Part shown: one piece after another, positions 12,339 through 21,600 of the stretch
Layout: each line of letters begins with the position of its first letter
Numbering within the stretch: position 1 is the first letter of the stretch
NCBI GenBank assembly: GCA_050230475.1
Contig: JBFLGF010000031.1
Location: forward strand, 62,001 to 107,063
Origin: Ancylonema sp.
Lineage: Eukaryota
Reading direction: 5' to 3'
Length of the DNA stretch: 45,063 bases
Position numbers and translations under genes: made by a program
The notes under the pieces: generated by a model
Database searches by the model: none
Told to the model about the DNA's origin: nothing
Seen by the model: the letters and a program-made list of their open reading frames with translations, nothing else

Positions 12339-12840
12339 TCGCGCACAACTCACATCGCACTTTGGCGGTCGACCAAATTATCAAAGTCCATTCAATCGAA
12401 ACATGTATTGGGTATGTTGTCAAAGTGGTGGGGATCAAAACTATGAAAGACTGGGTGCTTTGGAATTCGATAAGGGTTTGTGCTTGGACAAGCCGATTTT
12501 GGGTCCAGTTGCACATGGTCATGGCCACTTCTAGTTAGGTCTTTGTGATCTCCATCAAGATGAGTCACCTTTTGCCAATGCCATTTCATAAGAGGTTGTT
12601 TCCTTTGAACGTCCGAATATGTATGGCCACACTCTCGGATCAACCGGCTCAAATCCTGGATATAATGGTGGTTGATGTTTTAACGTTTTAGGCAAGTTAA
12701 TTGGGATCAATGTCGGCCGAGAGGATAGACCCATCGTATTGGATCAACACACTATAGCGCATAATCTGATTAAAATTTATACAATATATGGAGCCATAGA
12801 TTATTTCATTCCTATCGGTCCTTTTAGGATAAAATATATA
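12339..12840 (+). pseudogene. Decayed trypsin-like serine peptidase (copy 2)
   Basis: AHNSHRTLAVDQIIKVH...MKDWVL (frameshift) LEFDKGLCLDKPILGP...GHTLGSTGSNPGYNGG*CFNVLGKLIGINVG resembles the Trypsin_2/HtrA-like NPGxSGGxxFxxxGxLIGIN motif. The catalytic Ser codon is not preserved. Confidence 0.65.
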
Positions 12841-13334
12841 AATTCGGCATTGATTGTTAGGTTTTGGTAATATTCAAAAATATTGTAGGTAAAGCGGGTC
12901 AAGCGGGTAAAGAGGGTTAAGCGGGGAAAATGTGTAAAGTAGGCGGGTAGTAGGTGGGTGGGTGGGTGGGTAGTAAAGTGGGTATTCAGGGTAAAGTGGG
13001 TGGGTAGTGGGTGGGTGGGTGGGTGGGTGGGTGGGTGGGTGCGTAGGAGGGTAAGTTGGTAGTGGAGTGGGTATTCAGCCGGTCAACGCCATAAGTTGTA
13101 GATGGTATTTGTATAATTCAGCAGTATTGGAGGTAGTGGGCATTAAACGGGTAAACGCCACAAGAAGGGGCATTTGGTTGGGCCAATAGGTGGTTCTATC
13201 AATGTGGAACTCAATGGTTTCCAGTTAAGAAAGTGCAACGGGCTCGTGAATTACTATCATCACCATCATTATTCATACCATTCCGTGGCTTCATGGCTCT
13301 GAATGCCAATGGATGAACCAAGATCAAGTTATTT
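12591..13334. repeat. Right arm of the inverted duplication
   Basis: Reverse complement of 10620-11351; contains (GGGT)n at ~12950-13040. Confidence 0.95.
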
Positions 13335-14530
13335 CATCGGTTATTTTGGCAGTTCAAAACCTGCACGACGGACGCCATCGACCACTTCGTGAACTTGAGA
13401 GTGGAAGTGGGTGATAAAGTGGAGACCATCTTCATCAAGTTTGACGATCCGGACACCATAGTGGAGGTGTGTGGAGAGCTCACCGGTTGCCAACTGACCT
13501 TGAACGTGTACGAGCTGCTACCGGCAGCATAAGTACATCGCCAGGATCGTCGTATAAGTTGGAAGCAACCGGGCGGAGGGCAGCCGACTTACCACCCATG
13601 GATCGACTTGACATCCGTGACTATGCCTTGGAGGTGGAGCGGGAGATCTCGAGGGAAACGGTGGAAATCTGGAATTCCGGAATCATCCCTGCGTTCCGAG
13701 CGGCCACCACCACGCAAGCACATGCTATGAGTGGCAGAAGCGCGGCTTCTGCCCATACTCAGTCAGCTGCTCTGGCCGTTGTGACAACAAGACAGGCTGA
13801 CAACCAAAAAAAATTGTTACAATTGCGGGCTTATGGGGCATATAGTAAGGACGAGCCCCACCCTCAGAGTTGCTGCATTTGGGCCATCAGAGTCAATTGC
13901 AAGCGTGGTAAATCCCTTGGTTAGTGCCATCGATCCTGTCACCGTCGCCAGCCCCTCCACGTCACAAAGATCCGTTGCTCGAGCCAACCTGCCGCGTACG
14001 CCCGACGCCACCTGTGCGTTCTGCAAGAAGAAGCACCACACTAGCGACCAGTGTTAGGCACTAGAGAATCGGAATGAGAGGAATGCGGCAGCCGAGTCTA
14101 CCGACCGTGTATAGCATTTGAAATCGGAGCATACATACCTAGAGACCGAGGGTGAGCGACTGGCACGCACGGCGGCGCGCAATGACCAGGAAGGGTCTTA
14201 CTTGCAGAATTACCATCATCATGCCGGAGGGGTGGACGACCCTTGTGAAACTATGCAAAGTGTAGATGTTACTTTCTTTGTGAATCATGCGTTGTTCATT
14301 GTTGCTGCTGAAACTTTGGGTATAATTAAACGTTCAACGAAGATTGCCATGCGAAGGAAGAAAGGCAAAGGTGTATCATAGGAGGAGGGTGACGACCGTG
14401 TGTTGATTGACGATCGTGCAAATCTGGAACCTACCACCACAGCCCCTCGGGGCCGCGACGTATTCCTAGATCAAGTCAACCCCTCCCCGGCTCCCCCTAA
14501 GCCAACCCTTGTCAGACCCGGACAGACAGT
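13335..14530 (+). pseudogene. Gag remnant of the host Gypsy-like element
   Basis: DAIDHFVNLRVEVGDKVETIFIKFD capsid-like segment; CCHC knuckle CAFCKKKHHTSDQC at ~14013-14054; several stops and frameshifts. Confidence 0.7.
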
Positions 14531-16712
14531 TTGGCGGTTGGGGTGTCAGGGGTGGGGGGGAGGGATTTTAGAAGTGGGCTGGGGAGACTCAGCGCGGCTG
14601 TCAGGCATTCACTCTGGCAGTAGGGGGACGTGAACCGCAGAGTGCCGGCCTGCCAGTCGATGGACGGGTTGTGGCGCTAGAGCCAGGGGTAGCCTAGCAC
14701 CATAGGGAAGTGGGCGAGGCGGGTGACGTCAAAGTGGAGGGTTTCGGTAGGGGAGCCAAGACATCGCAAGAGGCCCTTGTAGAAGTGTGTGATAGGGCCT
14801 GCGGACGGGGCGTTGCCGTCAATCAGCTCCACCTGGATGGGTGTGGGGTGGGGACTGGTGGCCAGGTGGTGCTGAGCGAGCAGCGTAGGGTCTACGAAGT
14901 TTCCGGACGCGCCGCAATCGATGAGGGCGTTGACCGAAATGGGGGGAAGAGGGTACTGAAGCAGCTGGACCGAGAGGTACAGGTGGCGGTGGCGGGGCTG
15001 GGGGGTTGGGTTGGGGATGGGGTGGGAGGGGAGATGGACCACGTCCAGGCAGACCCCTCCTAGGACTGTCCGGGGGCATCGGTTTTTGGCTAGTCGGGGA
15101 AGCGGACCTGGCGGGCCTGGTCGGCCGGCTTCAAGTGTCGCGGGTATGGCCGGCGCCTCCACAGTACATGCACACGTTGTCCTTCTTGCGCCTGGCATAT
15201 TATGTGGAGTCCAGCTGCAGCCGTTTGCGCCGGGTGCCATCGTGCTCCATGGGGGTGACTTCTTGGAGATAGGAGGGGAGGGGGGCAGAGGCTTGGTAGG
15301 GGGGGGTGTAGGGCTGTTTGCGGGTGGCAGCGTCGATGCGACGGCTATTAGCCAGGTTGGTTTCGACCACGCGAGCAGCTTTCAGAAAGGCGGAGAAGGT
15401 GGGGGGTTGGGTAGAACGCGCCAGCTCGCTCTGAATCGCAGGTTCCAGTTTGGCCTTGAAGTTGAAAATCAAGGAGTGGTCCGTCCAGCGCGGCTGGAAG
15501 GTGTTGGTGATGTCCGCGAACCGAATAGACAGCTTAGCCACTCATCCCGTGTGTTGCAACTCGTGCAGGCGTCGTTTGTGGGCTGCCTGGTCCTCTCACC
15601 CCCCGAATGTGTCGTCCAATTCCTGGAAGAAGTTTGCAAGGGTCCACTTCGTGGGGGGCTCTGCGGTGACCGGATCGCAGACGGAGCGGAACCAGCTCTT
15701 GGCCATGCCGTCTAGCAGATTGCCCGCCAGAAATAGATTAGATATGGTAGTGTGATAGCGTAGGGGGCTGCCGAGAATGTGTTGGGTAACCCCAAAACGG
15801 AAGTTTTGCAGATTTGCTAACTTGCCCGAGAACATAGGAGGCAGGGGTAGGTTCAGGTCAGGGTCTGGGGTAGGGGCTGGTGGAGGCAGATATTAGACAA
15901 CTTGGGGAGGAGGAGGGGCTGGCTGGGTATAGGATTGCTGGTTAGGGGGAGGCTGAGTGTAGGGAGGCTCATCAGCCAAAGGGATTTCTTGATACTCAGA
16001 AAATGTGGGCCTAGTAGATCTGGCCGCCTCATAGGCGCCATTTTTGTAACGGAGTTCCTCATTTTCATGTGTAAGACGATCATATTGGAAATCAAAACTT
16101 GCTTTCATTTCTTGTATTTGACGAATTAAATCGTCATAACGCGAATGTGAATCCATGTGAGATGGGAATGAGGATGAAAGAAGTGAAGAAGGAATGAAAA
16201 AGAATGAGGGGGAGGAGAGGGTGGGAAACCCTAAAGAATGAGGCGCACTAGGTGGAAAGCCTAAAGATAAACCTCACAATGTTTTTGCTCCTAACATAGT
16301 GTTAGACTCGGACAGGATTTACGATCTAGTTGGCAAAACACTTACAAGGGGCAAAAGACACGATGGGAAAAAACGTCAAGGATGATGTAAGTACATGAGA
16401 TGTTAGGAGTGAGTAATCCTCACTCCTAACTCGAACTATATAGTGAAATCTCGGCTAGGGCGACTTCACTACAAATGTGGAATAATGAGTATCGCTCTAA
16501 ACGAACAACTCGCTCTAAACGAACAACTGAAGTCGCATGCAAGAACTAGTCGCTATAAGCGATCAACACTCGATATAACAATCTCTAGCTCTCCCTAGAG
16601 CGACCCAAGTCGCGGTACAAGAACACACACTCGCTACTAGCACACTAGACTAATAGCGCTAGGTTAGGGAACTCGCTAAGAGCCCTAGGGACTATAGCGA
16701 GGGTCCTTAACA
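14531..16712 (-). mobile_element. 3'-truncated chromovirus-type element 3 (LTR 16300-16712, gag, protease)
   Basis: LTR starts TGTTAAGGACCCTCGCTATAGTC, related to elements 1 and 2. Gag starts at ATG 16156 (FSGKLANL, LDGMAKSWF, knuckle CMYCGGAGHTRDT). Protease ALIDCGASGNFVD...VLGYPWL*RHNPSIDW. Truncated near 14531 with no RT, INT or second LTR. Confidence 0.9.
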
Positions 16713-17275
16713 ACCCCTCTGGTAGCACCTCGTGCCGTTGGATTTCCCCAACCGGTACCAGTACCCCCAACCACGCCTGCACCTCTGCGTCGAGGGCGAC
16801 CATCCCGGAACCTAGAAGAGGCGGACCAAGGTCGTCGTCCCGAAGACAGTCTACGCAATCCAATCTCTTTTCCCCTTCGGGCCATGGGGGACCGTGAGCT
16901 TGGGACCTTCGATGAGGAGGACCCAGCCGAGACTACGCTTCCTGTTCCCTCCTTCACCACCAAGCTCACGGAGGTTGCGGGCATACTGGGAGGCACCAAG
17001 AGTAACATTATCAACATCGTCACCAAGATGCAGCGTCAGGAGGAGGGCGCTGTGTTCCGCAACCCTGTCTACAATTGGGAGCCGGCTAGTAGCGCGGAAC
17101 CTGCCGTGAAAGAAGACATCGTGCCGGATTTCATCATGCGGCCCATCACCTTCACCCAAGAGTGGCCACCGTGTGCGGTGGATCTCTTCCAACCACCCCA
17201 GTTTCCTAGCGATCTGCGTGCGTACATCGTCTACAGTCACATGCCATTGGAAAACAGCCGGGGTGTCCAAACTAT
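16713..17275 (+). pseudogene. Continuation of the host element gag-protease linker
   Basis: Open frame PLVAPRAVG...SRGVQT, cut at the Copia A TSD ACTAT (17271-17275); resumes at 27963. Confidence 0.6.
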
Positions 17276-18623
17276 CATAAACATTTGTCACTTAACAAAG
17301 CAGCGCACAAGTTCCATGCTTTATAAACAAGACAAATAATTGTACGGTAAAGCAACGACGTCTTGGTATGATTGTGAAATGATAATTATGAAAGCGTTCT
17401 CGTCGGGCTAATGTACCCGACGGTACAATGATTACTGGTCGCTTTTCTTACCGACGGTCGGAACTATTTGACCGCCGCGCACTCTAACCGTGCCAACGCA
17501 TAAGTGTCCACGGCAACTTGCCGGACTAAACCGTCACATCACATCTCCGCCAATAGTGACGCGACACCGCCCTAGCATCGACAAACGACAACGACTACTA
17601 GTTGGACCACGCCGTACAAATGCGGACGTGACCAAGTGCGGACGGATGCCCGGGTGTAGCATACCCGGCTCCGTGCCGTGCTACAGAAGATACTTAGGCA
17701 ATTATTGGACTAGGCAACCAAGGTAGAAAAAGTGCCTATCCGAATTAATTCCTAACACACCCCCTCGGATGCACTAGCCTTGTTTGGCATTATCTAAGTG
17801 CATAGGAGGACTACTGTACAATGTAACCGGGTAGTAGGTCTTCCCTAGTCAAAAGCAATCTAGATGCTCCTATCTAAATCACAAGTCATCCACGCTCGAA
17901 CTCCATGCGCTCCCGTTCCATACTCGTTTTTCGGGCCGACGCCCTGAACATACAAACAAAAACAACAAGTTAGTCGGAAAACAAAGAAAAAAACAACGTT
18001 TTTCACTTTTTCACTTTTTCACTTTTTCACTTTTTCATTCTTAGTCAGAGAATTTTAAACTTTCACAAATTTTTGAAAAAATATATAAACAACTTGAGAT
18101 TTTGTCACAAAACTCAGCATAGCAATGGCAACAGATATGCCAAGTTTCACATCAACAAAAGTTCACATGCAAAAGTTTCATTTTCAGACTTTAACTTTTT
18201 CAATTATTTATCAAAATTTTCACAAGTTTAAAGGCTTAGGGCTTGGAAAGGACCCAGCTTTGAAAGTTACTGAAGTCCTCCAATCTGAACACTCACCCCC
18301 TGCCAAACTAGGCAGGTGGATCCGAAAACTCCACTCAGAAGTAGCACCCCCTGTTTATTGGGGCCCTATCCAAAACTAACTCTATGGCAGCAAATCTGTC
18401 TGCCCAGAGACCCTTGTCCAGTAAAAAGAACACTACTTCCAGATCCCTTATCCAAATAAATCGATTTCCCTTAAACTATAGATTACTGATCTGGCTATCT
18501 GGAACACTTTTCTAATCACACATCGACTCAGTTAGGCTCAGCGGACATCAATTCTCCTGAGTTGTTGTCAGCAGACTGTTCTGCAAACTAATGAATACCC
18601 TGCTGGACCTCTGAGATGCAGCT

Positions 18624-21600
18624 TATAAGCTTTTGAGTGATTAGACTTGCCGGAATATTTAGGTGGGCGACAAAACGAACCGTACGCAAAAGGATCTCTT
18701 TCATTGATGTTCAACGAGACAGGAGTTGCGTGTGTGGAACGAAATATTATTGTGATTGCATCGGGGATGGTAATACCCGATGCGCTTTACAGATTGTTGC
18801 GTGCCGACGGTCGGCACAATTGACCGTCGGCCTATCATTGACTGACAGCTCTCCTACATGTCAACGGCACATGCCGGACATTTCTGACACGACTAAACTA
18901 GCCAGTCACGACGCTTCTACCAAATAACGTCTCTAAGCGTCGGAAACATGTCAAGTGCCCGGGCACAAACTTGCCCGGCCCCGCATACAGGCACATCTAG
19001 AATATTGCTCCCGGTTAGAGTAACCGGTTACAACTGATATGGCTATCCAAAATATTCTAACAGAACGTCTCCAGGGCTGCACACCCCCTCGGATGCCTCG
19101 GATGCCCAAGCTAAAGTTTTGGCATAGATGCAGACATCAAAAGAGGAGTACCCAAGTCATTTCCAAATCATGGCAGAACCATTGCATAACATATAAAACA
19201 GATTTGGTCTTCCCTAGCATACAAGCGTGCTAGGGGTTTCTATCGATAACTGCAGCCGTTCGTTCGGAAGACGACGATCGGAAGACGATCGGAAGCCGAT
19301 CGGAACTCCAGAAAAGACACGATCGCTCCAGATCCTTAGTCGTTTTTTTCGGCCGGAGCCCTGAACATACAAACAAAGCCACAAGTTAGGCGAAAAACAA
19401 AACTTATGAAAATATTTTTTGATTTCTTAACTTTTTCAACTTCACGATTCTGAAACTTTCACACTTTCCAGTCAGAAAATCTCAAAACAGCATAACTTCA
19501 AAATTCAAGTCCTATCAGCACCAACTTTTGACACAATTTTGCAACAATGATTAGGACATACATACGAAAATTCAGAAAACTGACAAGTTTAAAGTTGAGC
19601 AGATTCACACTTTTGATTTCAAGTTTTCAAGTGTCTTTTAGAGGTATTTGGGTGAAAATGTGACTTAGCTGGATGAGCTGAAGTTGGTGTACCCTCCACA
19701 TTACTTCTGCCTGAAAAGAAACATAACAACACACCCCCTTGCCAACATGCATGGCATTCGAAACCTTCGACATGCATGGCATTTGAAACCTTCGATCATA
19801 AAAATAAAAGAAAACTACTGACACCCCCAGTTCAGTATAACCGTCCAAAACCTAGACTTTGGGGTAGAGCTTTAGTTAGCATATCTGCTGGTTGGTTTGC
19901 GCCTGCAAGATACACATATTTTAGTCTCCCCGTGCTGTGGCATTCTCGTACCCAGTGATATACCACATTAAAATGTTTTGCATTCTGTCTTTGCACAGGA
20001 TTCTGGATCATGGAGAGAACTGAGGTTGAATCAGTGTGGATTGTGATTTGGTGTGGGAATTTGAGTTCTTTCAAGAGAGACAGATAACAGCATTCTTTAG
20101 ACACACTACATGCAGCAAGATACTCAGCCTCAGCAGTGCTCTGTGCAACTGTTGACTGTTTCTGTGACTTCCAACTCAGTGTTGTCCCCCCAACCGTGGT
20201 TACCCATCCTGTGACTGACTTCCCTGTCATGCTACAACTGTTCCATGATGCATCGCAGTAACCCTTTACTTCAAATGTGTCTTTTCCCACAAACGTCAGT
20301 CCGTGGTTGACAGTCCCTTTAAGGTATCTGAATAGTTGATGTAGAGCCCTTATGTGTGCCACCCCAGGATTCCCCATGTGTTTTGCCAGTACCCCAAGTG
20401 CATACCCGATGTCCAGTCTGGTTTGTTTCATGGCATATATGAGTGATCCCACTTTCCCACGAAAGTCTGTTATTTCTTCAGGGGTAGGGGGAAGAGTTGG
20501 TTCATCATTCTGTGTGAATTGAGTTCCAGGGGCGAGTGGGAGTTTGGTTGGATTACACTCATGCATCCCATAGCGTTCAAGCACTCCCCTTAAGAATCCT
20601 GACTGTCCCAGTGCGAGCAGTCTTCTCTGTCTATCCCTCTTCACTTCCACCCCCAGGATATGGGTTAGGGAACCCAGATTCCTTGACTTTTAACTTTTTA
20701 CCCATATCTTCTTTAAAATTTTTGACGACCATTGCGTTAGGACCTGTGATCACCTTATCATCTACATGTATGCCCAGTATGATTCTGCTGTCTGCTTCCC
20801 CCCTCATATATATACATTGTCCATTACGCACTGTTTAAACCCTTCAGATATCATAAATTTTCTGAACATTTCCTGCCATACGTGGCTACTCTGCTTTAGA
20901 CCGTATAAAGCTTTTCAGTCGTAAGACCTTTCCCTCAGCACCCCCATTGATATACATACGTGGTGGTATTTTCATGTAAACTTCTTCCTCCAGACGTCTA
21001 TGCAGGAACGCTGTGATTACGTCCATCTGTTCCAGTTCCCAGTCATATTGGTTTGCTATAGAGAGGAGTAGGGTGATATAGATGTACTGTCTCGATTACT
21101 GGTGCGTGCAAATAATTATAATCAATACCCTCTTGCTGTAAGAACCCCTGTGCGACCAGTCTGACTTTATATCTTTCAATATCCCCCTGTGGTGTTGTTT
21201 TGACCTTAAACACATATCTGCACCCCACAGCCTTTTTAACTGGAGGAAGCACACACACCTCAAAGGGGTTGAACGTCTCCAGGGCTGCTAACTCCTCGAC
21301 AATGGCCTCCCACTGGTCCCAGTCTCGCCTCATCATCGCATGGTTGAGTGAGTGGCTCGGAGGAGTTGCTGTTAGATGCTACGCCGCGTAGCCCGGATCC
21401 ACAGGACCGTTGAAGCCAGTGTAGAAACTGCTGGGCTCCCACTCATCAGTCGCTGAGTAGTTGGCATGAGCTGCGTCATCGAACTCCTCCCCATCATCAC
21501 ATCACATGAGGAGGTCCCCATACTCCGCAAAGTTGGCGGCTCGCCTCCTGGCCATCACCCGATCTGCTACACTGCCAGGCTCCCCCACATCTGGGTTCGC

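Noticed and set aside
10620..13334. Mutator/foldback transposon with long TIRs
   Set aside because: No TSD; the arms cut through a pseudogene, and the inversion model restores both broken genes.
15011..15715. Plus-strand ORFs over element 3 and over the Copia regions
   Set aside because: Antisense shadows of GC-rich gag/pol.
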